Part shown: positions 1 through 9,279 of the stretch, piece by piece | Layout of the letters: every line of letters begins with the position of its first letter | Position numbering within the stretch: position 1 is the first letter of the stretch | From: a virus | Lineage: Duplodnaviria > Caudoviricetes | Direction: 5' to 3' (one strand) | IMG/VR virus record: IMGVR_UViG_3300010413_000035 | Span: 1-57,545 of that record | DNA: 57,545 bases | Position numbers and translations under genes: made by a program | Notes under the pieces: model-generated | What the model saw: the letters and a program-made list of their open reading frames with translations, nothing else | Told to the model about the DNA's origin: nothing | Databases searched by the model: none

Positions 1-144
1 AAAGATTAAATTTTAAAAAAGAAGTCGCAGCATTTTATAACAGTTAAAGGGGGGAAATTAAAACCCCTTTATCCCTTAAATAATAATTGAAACGTGGCTA
101 TATTTTGTCACATTATAAAAATTTGAAAGGATGATAAAAATTGG
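1..144 (+). repeat. Terminal direct repeat copy 1 (circular assembly overlap)
   Basis: 1-144 is identical to 57402-57545. Confidence 0.95.
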
Positions 145-395
145 CAAAACTAAAAAAAATAAAAGAATTAATTTCTTTCAATCGTAACAAAGAAGATAAC
201 TGGGAGTTGATGGATGAGGCTACAAAAAATAAATTTAAACAAAAAACAATTGAAAGTTTATTATATTTGGGATATGAGTGGCTCTTTGATATTGAAATAG
301 AAGAAACTGAAAAAGGAGCAGAAGTAACTATTAAAACATTAAATGATATGAAAATATTTGATGAAAATGGCAATCAAATTAAAATGATTTTATAA
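141..395 (+). CDS. Hypothetical protein
   Basis: TTG start after GAAAGGA RBS. Confidence 0.7.
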   Translation: MAKLKKIKELISFNRNKEDNWELMDEATKNKFKQKTIESLLYLGYEWLFDIEIEETEKGAEVTIKTLNDMKIFDENGNQIKMIL

Positions 396-415
396 GAACT
401 GGAGCTGGTGCTGAA

Positions 416-772
416 ATGGAAAATATAAGAGATGAATTGGAAGAAGAAACAAAAGATTTTTTTAAATATATAGTTCCATTAGATAAAGAAGTTAGACGAA
501 ATGTTTATTCTAGTTATTTACATTATATTTCAATATTAAAAAATAAAACCTGTTGCAGTTATGATAATATGATAATGTTTGACTATGAAGTTAAAAAGAA
601 TATAACAAGGAATTTTTATAAAGCAATGAATGGAGTGGGGATATCAATAGAAAAATATGTGTTCCTAGAATTAAATATTATATATTCCATAGGGGGGTAT
701 AAATTTAAATTTACTAGATGGGACTTGGGCAAAGAAGAAGAGGCACAGGATGAAGTTTGCAAAGTAGATTAA
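416..772 (+). CDS. Hypothetical protein
   Basis: ORF with GGAG RBS, followed by a hairpin and T tract near 779-808. Confidence 0.7.
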   Translation: MENIRDELEEETKDFFKYIVPLDKEVRRNVYSSYLHYISILKNKTCCSYDNMIMFDYEVKKNITRNFYKAMNGVGISIEKYVFLELNIIYSIGGYKFKFTRWDLGKEEEAQDEVCKVD

Positions 773-827
773 ATAATAAAAAGGTTAGATTTTTTCTAAT
801 CTTTTTTATTTATTTTTAAAAAAAGTG

Positions 828-856
828 TTGCAATGTAGCACGCTTGGAGTTATAAT
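828..856 (+). promoter_or_regulatory. Sigma-A promoter with TGTAGCAC box
   Basis: TTGCAA-17 bp-TATAAT; TGTAGCAC at 834-841. Confidence 0.85.
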
Positions 857-903
857 AGTATTAGAGGTTGAGGAAAACCTACTATATTATTATTAAGGGA
901 GAT

Positions 904-1497
904 ATGACTATGACTATTAAATGTATTAAGACTTTATTTGAAAGATTGCAAAGAGAAACTGTAAAAAAAATAGAGGCTGGAACTTTGACAAATGAAGAAT
1001 TTGGACAAATGATGAAAGATTTATTTTATTTTATAAGTTTAGTTAGACCAGGAAAAACAATTGAAAAAGTAAAAGAAAGAATTTTAAAATATGAAGATAA
1101 AATAAATTTAGAATTAGCAGAAGTTAAAAAAGCAACTTTAGTAAATTTTGAAAATGATATATATAAAGTTGAAGGAAAAGAAAATTTAACAATAGTAAAA
1201 ATTTCTGAAACAACTACAGCTATTTTTAAAAAATTTGAATGGGGTACTTATTCAATGCACTTTGCAAGTATTGCAGAAGTAAAAGAAAATTTAACTTTAA
1301 AAGCAACTTCAATTAGTAGGGAAAAATTTTTAATAGAAGAGAATAGTTTAACTCACTTAAGAAGAATTAAACAAAAAATTGCAAAAGAAGAATTAAAAAA
1401 TATAAAAGTTGAAAATATAGATATTAATAAAATTCGTAAATTACAAAATGAAAATCCTGCAACTATTAGAATGATGAATAGACCAAATTATTTATAA
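904..1497 (+). CDS. Early hypothetical protein; C-terminal domain paralogous to 54491..54835
   Basis: ATG at 904 after AAGGGAG; alignment by eye (KISE/RISE, GxYxM, LI, IDI). Confidence 0.75.
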   Translation: MTMTIKCIKTLFERLQRETVKKIEAGTLTNEEFGQMMKDLFYFISLVRPGKTIEKVKERILKYEDKINLELAEVKKATLVNFENDIYKVEGKENLTIVKISETTTAIFKKFEWGTYSMHFASIAEVKENLTLKATSISREKFLIEENSLTHLRRIKQKIAKEELKNIKVENIDINKIRKLQNENPATIRMMNRPNYL

Positions 1498-1552
1498 AAA
1501 CTAGGGGGATTAATTCCCCCAACAAATTTAAATTTGAAAGGAAGATATTAAA

Positions 1553-1942
1553 ATGTTACCGTTTGAAGATAGAACTTTAGAAATTAGGGTAAATGACAAA
1601 ACTTACAAAACAGAGGATTATAAATTTATTACTTTGGAAAATGATAAAAAAATGGATATAGAAGATATTTTAAACTGGCAAGTAAGAAAAATATATTCAC
1701 CAGTTACAAATAAAACTTATGAACAAATTAATTTTAATTATTTTGAAAATAAAGCAATTCCAGAAAAAGAAAATACAAGAATTAAAATTAAAATTTCCTT
1801 ACATGAGAATTTTACAGAAGGGGATATATATTTTGTAGAATATGACTCCGATTTAGGTTTTAATATTAAAGATGATAAAGGGTCATATTGGTGGATAGAA
1901 GACATCCAAGAATCATCAAAAATACATTATGAAATATTGTAA
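1553..1942 (+). CDS. Hypothetical protein
   Basis: ORF with GAAAGGA RBS. Confidence 0.7.
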   Translation: MLPFEDRTLEIRVNDKTYKTEDYKFITLENDKKMDIEDILNWQVRKIYSPVTNKTYEQINFNYFENKAIPEKENTRIKIKISLHENFTEGDIYFVEYDSDLGFNIKDDKGSYWWIEDIQESSKIHYEIL

Positions 1943-1976
1943 TAAATAAATATATAAATATTAGGAGGATAATAAA

Positions 1977-2525
1977 ATGTTAATACCATATAATGTGATA
2001 CAAATAGGGAAAAAAGAAGAAATAACAGAAATTAGAATTGAATTCCCAGGTTATAAGTTATCAAATATTATAAATGAATTTGTTAATATTTGTGAGGGTA
2101 AATTGCAAAATTTAGGTCAAAATCTTGAAATAAGAAATTATGAGGATAAAATTGCAATTTATAAAGGGGATATAATGATAAATTTCAAAAGTTTTTTATA
2201 TGAATTAATGGGATTTTATTTAAATTCATTAGAAATCGAATTATCTAATATTTTTAAAGTTTTAATGTTTGGGGAGTTATATAAAGGAAATTCAACTTTT
2301 GAAATAACTATAATTTTGAAAACCAATACAAAGTATTTAAATAATATTATTGAAATTATTTTAAATAACTTAATGAAACAAGAGTACTATAAATTTATAC
2401 TTGATAGTTATGAGCCAGAATATTTAAGTTATTTTCAATATATATACTTTTATGGAAAAAGTCAAAATAAATATTTAAATACTTGGTTTGAAGAATATAT
2501 AAATAAAAATTGTGATTGTGAATAA
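1977..2525 (+). CDS. Hypothetical protein
   Basis: AGGAGG RBS. Confidence 0.7.
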   Translation: MLIPYNVIQIGKKEEITEIRIEFPGYKLSNIINEFVNICEGKLQNLGQNLEIRNYEDKIAIYKGDIMINFKSFLYELMGFYLNSLEIELSNIFKVLMFGELYKGNSTFEITIILKTNTKYLNNIIEIILNNLMKQEYYKFILDSYEPEYLSYFQYIYFYGKSQNKYLNTWFEEYINKNCDCE

Positions 2526-2563
2526 TTCACTTAAAAGAAAATAAAGAAAGTGAGGATAAAAAA

Positions 2564-2725
2564 ATGTCAAAGACTGCTGAAGAAGTAAAAGAAGAAGTTT
2601 TAAAAAGCTTAGTTAATAAAAATATTGGGGTATCTTCTAAAGTAACAACAACAATAATTAAGGACGGCTCGAAACCTGAGCCTCCTAATGAAGATACAAA
2701 TAAAAATAACAAATGGTTTTTGTAA
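2564..2725 (+). CDS. Small hypothetical protein (53 aa, not in ORF track)
   Basis: AAAGTGAGG RBS; MSKTAEEVKEEVLKSLVNKN...KWFL. Confidence 0.65.
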   Translation: MSKTAEEVKEEVLKSLVNKNIGVSSKVTTTIIKDGSKPEPPNEDTNKNNKWFL

Positions 2726-2753
2726 AATAAAAAAATACTTGGAGGATAATAAA

Positions 2754-3074
2754 ATGAAAGATGAAGTTAAATCAATTGTAAAAAGAAATATATCTGGAAT
2801 AATAGTAAAACATAAACTGGAAAATGATTTTATTAAATTATTAAAAACACAGGATTTTGAAGACTTTATATTAAGTTTACCTTTTGAGGATTTTGAAGAA
2901 GAGTATAATATTAGTAAAGAAGAAGTTATAAAATTTATAAAAGATAAATCAATTGAAAATTTATTAATTAGTTTTTCTAATGAATTAGTAAATAACAAAC
3001 CTTTTGACGAAAATTTCGCAATGGCACATTATTGTTTATGTCAAAAGTTATTATTAAGAAAAAGTTTAAATTAA
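2754..3074 (+). CDS. Hypothetical protein
   Basis: GGAGG RBS before ATG 2754. Confidence 0.7.
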   Translation: MKDEVKSIVKRNISGIIVKHKLENDFIKLLKTQDFEDFILSLPFEDFEEEYNISKEEVIKFIKDKSIENLLISFSNELVNNKPFDENFAMAHYCLCQKLLLRKSLN

Positions 3075-3090
3075 ATAAAAATCAATAGAA

Positions 3091-3123
3091 AGAAGAGCCA
3101 AAAATAAAAGGCTCTTTTTTTTT
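3091..3123 (+). terminator. Rho-independent terminator
   Basis: AAGAGCC-loop-GGCTCTT followed by a T run. Confidence 0.8.
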
Positions 3124-3135
3124 GTACTTTTTAAA

Positions 3136-3164
3136 TTGACTAATATATTTCTATATACTATAAT
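3136..3164 (+). promoter_or_regulatory. Sigma-A promoter ahead of the packaging operon
   Basis: TTGACT-17 bp-TATAAT, no TGTAGCAC box. Confidence 0.8.
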
Positions 3165-3190
3165 TTAGGAAAAAAGAGAGTTGGTTTTAA

Positions 3191-3523
3191 ATGAAATATT
3201 TTAGTCGTAGAACAGTTAATAATGACAAAAAAGCTTTTCAAATGATAAAATTATTAATTGAAAATGATAAACTAACAACAACTCAACTATCTAATTTACT
3301 TGATATTTCTTCAAGGCAAATTTCAAATTACAAAAGATATATAAATGATTGCTTGGGAATAAAAATAAATGTAACTTTAGGGAATCAAGGAGGCTATTCA
3401 ATAGAATCAAGAAAATTGAATAGTAAAGAAATATCTTTTTTAAGAGATAAGCTACCAACAAAATTATTTAATAAAATCAATCATATAAATAAACTTAGTA
3501 TTTTATTTGAGGAGGATTCATAA
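3191..3523 (+). CDS. Winged-HTH (HTH_11/YafY N-terminus-like) DNA-binding protein
   Basis: LTTTQLSNLLDISSRQISNY helix-turn-helix and GNQGGYSI wing. Confidence 0.7.
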   Translation: MKYFSRRTVNNDKKAFQMIKLLIENDKLTTTQLSNLLDISSRQISNYKRYINDCLGIKINVTLGNQGGYSIESRKLNSKEISFLRDKLPTKLFNKINHINKLSILFEEDS

Positions 3524-3524
3524 A

Positions 3525-4787
3525 ATGGAATTACAAAAAATAAAAATTAAAGATTTGAAAAATGCAAAATATAACCCTAGAAAAAAATTAAAGCCAGAGG
3601 ATGAAGAATTCCAAAATATAAAAAAATCAATTGAAACTTTTGGATATGTTGAGCCTGTTATAGTAAACAAAAAAGATAATACAATAATTGGAGGACATCA
3701 AAGGGTCGCTGTTATGAGCGATTTAGGGCTAAAAGAAATTAAGTGCTGTATGGTTGATATAGATAAGGAAAAAGAAAAGGCTCTAAACATTGCACTTAAT
3801 AAAATAACTGGGGAATGGGATTTTAAAAAATTAACTAGTTTATTAGATGAAATTAAAATTGATAGTGATGATAATTTTTTTGCAACTGGTTTTAATGAAG
3901 AAGAATTTATTAATTTAAATGAAGAATATGGAACTAAAGAAAAATCAAAAAGTAATGATATAGAAGTTCAAGAAGATAATTTTAATGTTGAAAAAGAAGC
4001 TGAGAAAATTGAAGAAGCAACAGCCAAATTAGGCGATTTATATAAATTGGGAAAACATTTTTTATTATGTGGAGATGCTACAAGTCCAGAAGATGTGAAA
4101 AAATTACTTAATGGAGTCGAGCCGACACTTATGGTAACTGATCCCCCTTACGGTGTAAACTATGACCCAGAATGGAGACAGCAAGACCATTTTGGAATAG
4201 GGAAAAGGTCGACTGGTAAGGTAAAAAATGATGACATTGTTGACTGGAGTAGTGCTTATAATTTATTCCCAGGTGATGTTGCTTATGTTTGGCACGCTGG
4301 GAAGTATACCCACAAAGTAGCTCAAAGTTTAGAAGATTCTAATTTCCAATTAATTACTCAGATAATTTGGGTAAAACAACATTTTGCAATATCAAGGGGA
4401 GATATACATTGGCAACATGAGCCATGTTGGTATGTTTGTAAAAAAGGTAAAACCCATAACTGGCAAGGAGCGAGAAATATTTCTAGTACTTGGAATATAA
4501 AAAATAATAATGCTTTTGGGAATTCAGCCAATAAAGAGCAGACATATGGACATGGAACTCAAAAACCTATTGAATGCATGTTAAGACCTATTATCAATAA
4601 TACATCGGTCGGACAGTGTGTATATGATTGTTTTGGTGGAGCTGGTACTACATTAATCGCAGCTGAACAAAGTGGTCGAGTTTGTTATATGATGGAATTA
4701 GACCCAGTTTATATTGATTGTATTATTAAAAGATTTGAAGACTTTACTGGTGAAAAAGCAAAGTTAATATCTGGAGTTGATACCTAA
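3525..4787 (+). CDS. ParB-like N-terminus fused to N6/N4 DNA methyltransferase
   Basis: YNPR...GYVEPVIVN...IIGGHQR (ParB-like); DPPY motif IV; HGTQKP; DCFGGAGTT SAM-binding motif. Confidence 0.9.
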   Translation: MELQKIKIKDLKNAKYNPRKKLKPEDEEFQNIKKSIETFGYVEPVIVNKKDNTIIGGHQRVAVMSDLGLKEIKCCMVDIDKEKEKALNIALNKITGEWDFKKLTSLLDEIKIDSDDNFFATGFNEEEFINLNEEYGTKEKSKSNDIEVQEDNFNVEKEAEKIEEATAKLGDLYKLGKHFLLCGDATSPEDVKKLLNGVEPTLMVTDPPYGVNYDPEWRQQDHFGIGKRSTGKVKNDDIVDWSSAYNLFPGDVAYVWHAGKYTHKVAQSLEDSNFQLITQIIWVKQHFAISRGDIHWQHEPCWYVCKKGKTHNWQGARNISSTWNIKNNNAFGNSANKEQTYGHGTQKPIECMLRPIINNTSVGQCVYDCFGGAGTTLIAAEQSGRVCYMMELDPVYIDCIIKRFEDFTGEKAKLISGVDT

Positions 4788-5380
4788 TGTCAAACCCTTG
4801 TAAATACTTTTCACATGTTGAGCCATATTTAAAAGAAATAAAAGCTTTGAGGCAAAAAGGGGAGTCCGAGCGAAATATAGCAAAAAAAATAAATATTTCG
4901 TGGGCGTCGTTCTCAAGATATAAAAATCAATTTCCAGAATTTGAACAGGTTTTAAAAGAATCAAAAGAACTATTAGTGGCTGAACTAAAAACAAGTGTTT
5001 GGAAGGAGGCAATGGGCTATTATGTAGAAGAGCAAACCAAAGAACTGGAAGAAACATTTATATATGGGGCAGACGGGACTAAAATTGTAACAGGTGGCAA
5101 AGAAAAAAAGAAAATAGTTAAAAAATATCAAAGGGGTAACTCAGCATTATTGATATACGCTTTATGTAATTTAATTCCAAATGAATTCCAAAGAGTTGAC
5201 AAAGAGGCGATTGATGAATTGAAAGAAGAATTAATTAAAAATGCCTCAAAAGATATTATTACAGATAATAGAATTAAAAATGCTTTTGATTGTTTGTATG
5301 GGGAGGCTATTAATAAAAAAAATGAAGCTTTGAAAAAACTTGAAGAAGCTGAGAAGGGGGAAAATAAAAAAGATGAATGA
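4787..5380 (+). CDS. terS: Terminase small subunit
   Basis: N-terminal HTH, EAMGY motif, position upstream of TerL. Confidence 0.7.
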   Translation: MSNPCKYFSHVEPYLKEIKALRQKGESERNIAKKINISWASFSRYKNQFPEFEQVLKESKELLVAELKTSVWKEAMGYYVEEQTKELEETFIYGADGTKIVTGGKEKKKIVKKYQRGNSALLIYALCNLIPNEFQRVDKEAIDELKEELIKNASKDIITDNRIKNAFDCLYGEAINKKNEALKKLEEAEKGENKKDE

Positions 5381-5744
5381 TTTTTTAAAATTTATTAAAA
5401 CAATTTATAATTTTAATAATGACCTTGATAAAGTTTTTGAATTAGAAGGGTTAAATAATACACATGAGTCTTTATTAAGGGAATTTCAAAAAATAGAAAA
5501 TGATAAACTAGCTGAAAATATAAATGATGATTTATTAAATGAAAATTTAACAATTGATGATTTGTTAATATTATATGGAACTAATTATTTTGAAGAAAAT
5601 AATATTAATACAATTAATTATACATCTAGAGCCAGTGGGAAAAATCCTTTTTTATATTTGCCTAACATTCCCTTAAAAGAAGATACTTTTAAATATCAAA
5701 ATTTCAAAGGTGAAGTTAAAACAATTTGGAGTGGTATAAAATAA
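5373..5744 (+). CDS. Hypothetical protein
   Basis: AAGGGGG RBS; translationally coupled between terS and terL. Confidence 0.65.
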   Translation: MNDFLKFIKTIYNFNNDLDKVFELEGLNNTHESLLREFQKIENDKLAENINDDLLNENLTIDDLLILYGTNYFEENNINTINYTSRASGKNPFLYLPNIPLKEDTFKYQNFKGEVKTIWSGIK

Positions 5745-7241
5745 ATGTTAACAAATGTGGTTGATATTGGAGAATCCCCAATCGGAAAAGCACCAAGGAC
5801 TAAAGAACATCTAGCAACTTATTGTGCAGTATATTTAAATAATAGATTTCCTTTTCCTTCAAGCGACAATCCTTATTGTATAGAAAACGACCACCAGTCC
5901 CCGTTTGATGCAATTTGGTCAGCTTATGCAGAAGACGACCCAATGTCAATCTGGTATGCTATGAGGGGGTCGGGGAAAACTTATAATTTATCAATTCTTG
6001 CCTGGCTTGAATCTACTTTTAAACCAAAATGTAAAACGACAGTTTTAGGTGGGTCGCTAGAACAAAGTACAAAAGCAGTGGCATATTTAAATTTTTTATG
6101 GGACTTTTGGGGGTCTATTTGCTCCGATAAAGAAATGAAAGCAAATATCGCAAATATTAAAAAAAAGGATTTACTTGTAAATGGAGCTGTAGCTGGAAGA
6201 GGTTTTAAATTAACAAATGGCTCAGAAGTTCAAGCACTAGCTGCCAGTCCGAAATCTGTAAGGGGTCCTCATCCTCAAAAGTTGCGATTGGATGAATTGG
6301 ACGAAATGGACGAATTTATTTATAATTCAGCAATGGGTCAACCAAAAGCAAACTTTGGAATAAAAGACAACATTGTTATTAGTTCGACTCTACACCACGC
6401 ATTTGGTCTAATGACAAAAGTAATTGACGAAAGAGAAAGAACTGGAGCAAAACTTTTTCAATGGTGTGTTTATGATGTTACTGAGCCTTTTGGATTTTGG
6501 GCAATTGATGAAATCGCAAGAAGAAAACAACAAATTCCAGAAGAAATGTGGGAATCGGAATATTTATTAAAAAGACCCCAGGTTGGGGATGCAATTTATG
6601 ATTTTATGGTAGTTGATAAAGCTTATAGAAGAGGATTTAATATTGATTATGAAAAAGAAATTTTAACTCAAGGGGGAATCGACTGGGGTTATAATTGCAC
6701 CGTTTTACATGTAGTCCAGGACTGGGGATATAAATTTACCGTTCCAAAGTCTATATCATGGGAGTATATGGAATTAACTGACCGTTGTGATGAGATTATA
6801 GAATATTGTAGAAAGTATAATATAAAAACTTTGTTTTGTGATTCTAACCCAAAGGATGCAAATATAACTTTATATAAAAAAATAAAAGAAATGAATTTAG
6901 AAATTAAAGTAATTCCAATACAATTTAATGTATGGAAGGATGTCGGAATTAGTGTTATTAGATATTTATTGCATAAAAATTTACTTGATATAAAAGATAA
7001 AATTTTTAAAGATAAACTCCAACAATACCATTATAAAAACGTTGAATTAGAAATTATCGCAAAAGAAGATGATCATTTTCCAGATGCGTTTTGTAGTTGG
7101 GCTGCGACCCGATGGCAAATACTAGGGAAAACGTTATATAATTATGAAAAATATCTAAAAAAAGAATTAAAAACAGTTGAAGAAATAGAGGATAAAATGA
7201 AAAAAAGAATTAATGCAAGAAGAGCAGTCAAGAATTTATAA
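5745..7241 (+). CDS. terL: Terminase large subunit
   Basis: Walker A RGSGKT, Walker B LRLDELDE, nuclease motifs GIDWG and DDHFPDA. Confidence 0.9.
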   Translation: MLTNVVDIGESPIGKAPRTKEHLATYCAVYLNNRFPFPSSDNPYCIENDHQSPFDAIWSAYAEDDPMSIWYAMRGSGKTYNLSILAWLESTFKPKCKTTVLGGSLEQSTKAVAYLNFLWDFWGSICSDKEMKANIANIKKKDLLVNGAVAGRGFKLTNGSEVQALAASPKSVRGPHPQKLRLDELDEMDEFIYNSAMGQPKANFGIKDNIVISSTLHHAFGLMTKVIDERERTGAKLFQWCVYDVTEPFGFWAIDEIARRKQQIPEEMWESEYLLKRPQVGDAIYDFMVVDKAYRRGFNIDYEKEILTQGGIDWGYNCTVLHVVQDWGYKFTVPKSISWEYMELTDRCDEIIEYCRKYNIKTLFCDSNPKDANITLYKKIKEMNLEIKVIPIQFNVWKDVGISVIRYLLHKNLLDIKDKIFKDKLQQYHYKNVELEIIAKEDDHFPDAFCSWAATRWQILGKTLYNYEKYLKKELKTVEEIEDKMKKRINARRAVKNL

Positions 7242-7269
7242 TATAATAAAATAAAAGGAGTGATTTTAA

Positions 7270-8832
7270 ATGTCTTTCTTAAGAGAAAATTCACAATTCC
7301 CTCCTGCAGACTGGGCGTTCTATTACGATAAAATGGAAGAATGGGCGACTTGGTATAGTGGGGAGGCAGATTATTTAGTAAAATATTATACAACAAAAGC
7401 CTACTCAGAATTTGAAAATAATATTTTTTGGGCGAGGATGCAATATGAAGAAAGAATCACAGCAATACATAATCCAATAGCTGGAAGTATTGCCGAGATG
7501 GGAGCAAAATTGTTATTTTCCGAGTCTCCAAGAATTCAATTTAATAAAGAAACTTTAAGTGGTAAAAGATTTGATGAATGTCTAAAAGAAATTAATTTAA
7601 ATTCTTTATTGCTAGAATCTGCAGAAGTGGCTGGTGCTTTGTCGGGAATAGTTTTAAAAATTGATATTGATACTAATTTATCAAATATGCCATTACTATC
7701 AAGTGTTTGCCCAAATCAAGCATTTCCAGTTTTTTATAGAGGGGAATTATACCAATTATTAACTTTTCGTGAATGTTTAAGAATTGAAAAAAATGGACAA
7801 ACAACTGTTTATAGGCTATTTGAAAATAGAAAAATTGTTAACAAAGATTGTCTTATTGAATTTAAATTAATGAAAGGTAGACCCGATAATGTAGGGAAAG
7901 AGGTCAAAAATACAGAAATTGAAGAAACTGCAGACATGGATTTTAGTCCTATAACTATAACTAATTTGCAAGGTTTAGGTGCAGTCTATATTCCAAACTT
8001 AAGACCCAATAAATTACTTCCAGGGTCAACAATAGGAATTAATGATTTTAACAGTTCAATTCCTTTGTTAGATTCTTTTGATGAAGCCTGGTCGAGTTGG
8101 ATGCGTGATATAGAGATTGGAATGGCTAAAATTTTTGTTGATGAGGAATTACTAAATAAAAGTGCAGATAGTTCAACTGGGGAATCTAAAAGCCGTTTAC
8201 AAAAATTTAATAATTTTTCAAGTTGTTTCATCCAATTAAATATGAGTAGTTATAAATTTGATGGGGGTAGTTCAGCTCCACCAATTAACCCAGTCCAGTT
8301 TGCAATGAGAACAGCTGAACATTCCCAAAATTGCAAAAGTTTATCAAGTGAAATAATCCAAAGATGTGGTTATTCCCCACAAACCTTTGGACTAGATAAT
8401 GAAGGAAGAGCCGAGTCGGGGACTGCTTTAAGAATAAGAGAAAGAACATCATTCTTGACAAGAGAGGCAAAGAGCCGTTATTGGATGACGGGTTTAGGTA
8501 AATTGTTTAAACAATATCAAGTTATTGATAAAGCCTTTTTTAATAAAACTGCAGATATTGAGGAGATTTCAATTGAATTAGAAGATAGTATTATATCGGA
8601 TGCAAAAGAAATATCCGAAATATTGCAAAATCTAAACAATGCAACTGCAATATCAACTTACTTAAAAGTTAAAATGCAACATCCCGACTGGGATGAAAAG
8701 GAAATATTAAATGAGGTTGATAATATAAATAAGGATAACGGAATTATTACTGAAGATATTTTTAATAATAATTCTAACAATGGAACTGAAGAAGAAAAAG
8801 AAGAAGAAGAAAATATTAAAATAGCAAAATAA
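7270..8832 (+). CDS. Portal protein (A118/SPP1-type)
   Basis: 520 aa after terL; DSFDEAWSSWMRDIEIG and CGYSPQTFGL motifs. Confidence 0.9.
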   Translation: MSFLRENSQFPPADWAFYYDKMEEWATWYSGEADYLVKYYTTKAYSEFENNIFWARMQYEERITAIHNPIAGSIAEMGAKLLFSESPRIQFNKETLSGKRFDECLKEINLNSLLLESAEVAGALSGIVLKIDIDTNLSNMPLLSSVCPNQAFPVFYRGELYQLLTFRECLRIEKNGQTTVYRLFENRKIVNKDCLIEFKLMKGRPDNVGKEVKNTEIEETADMDFSPITITNLQGLGAVYIPNLRPNKLLPGSTIGINDFNSSIPLLDSFDEAWSSWMRDIEIGMAKIFVDEELLNKSADSSTGESKSRLQKFNNFSSCFIQLNMSSYKFDGGSSAPPINPVQFAMRTAEHSQNCKSLSSEIIQRCGYSPQTFGLDNEGRAESGTALRIRERTSFLTREAKSRYWMTGLGKLFKQYQVIDKAFFNKTADIEEISIELEDSIISDAKEISEILQNLNNATAISTYLKVKMQHPDWDEKEILNEVDNINKDNGIITEDIFNNNSNNGTEEEKEEEENIKIAK

Positions 8833-8854
8833 ATTTTGAAAGGATGATAAAAAA

Positions 8855-9277
8855 ATGAATGTAGACCCAAACAAAAAATTAACATGGGAATCTAAACAAG
8901 AATATCAATACAGACAAAAAACTCAAATAATAGTTATTAAGCTAAAGGAAGGGTTAAGTATATTACAAGAAGCAAATAAAAATTTAAATTTGGATTATGA
9001 TAAACCAAAGAAAATTTTTGAAGATGCTTTAAATTTAGTTAAAAATAATATTCCTAAAACTTATTCTATATCTAATCAAAAAGTTATAACTGCAGTTACT
9101 TGTTATATTAAAGCCTGTGAAATTTTAAAAAATGCAGTTACTAGCAAAGATACAAAGTCAATTTATAGAGCCTCAAATAAAATCCAAGAAGGAAATATAT
9201 ATTTTGAACTTTCAAAGCTTAAGTTATGGCAAGATGTGGATAGAAGGGTAACAAGAAATAATAAAAGGGGTAAATAA
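8855..9277 (+). CDS. Hypothetical helical protein
   Basis: GAAAGGA RBS. Confidence 0.7.
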   Translation: MNVDPNKKLTWESKQEYQYRQKTQIIVIKLKEGLSILQEANKNLNLDYDKPKKIFEDALNLVKNNIPKTYSISNQKVITAVTCYIKACEILKNAVTSKDTKSIYRASNKIQEGNIYFELSKLKLWQDVDRRVTRNNKRGK

Positions 9278-9279
9278 TA

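Noticed and set aside
1-144. 144-bp repeat as a biological terminal repeat
   Set aside because: It cuts through genes that join seamlessly across the ends (56747..57448 and 141..395); most simply an assembler overlap of a circular or permuted genome
868-903. Track start sites at 868, 17189, 46827 and 54446
   Set aside because: They fall inside promoter or leader sequence; downstream ATGs with proper RBSs (904, 17234, 46743, 54491) are preferred
3525-3900. ParB partition protein for the repeat arrays
   Set aside because: The ParB-like domain is the common N-terminal fusion of phage methyltransferases beside terminase; no ParA partner or HTH
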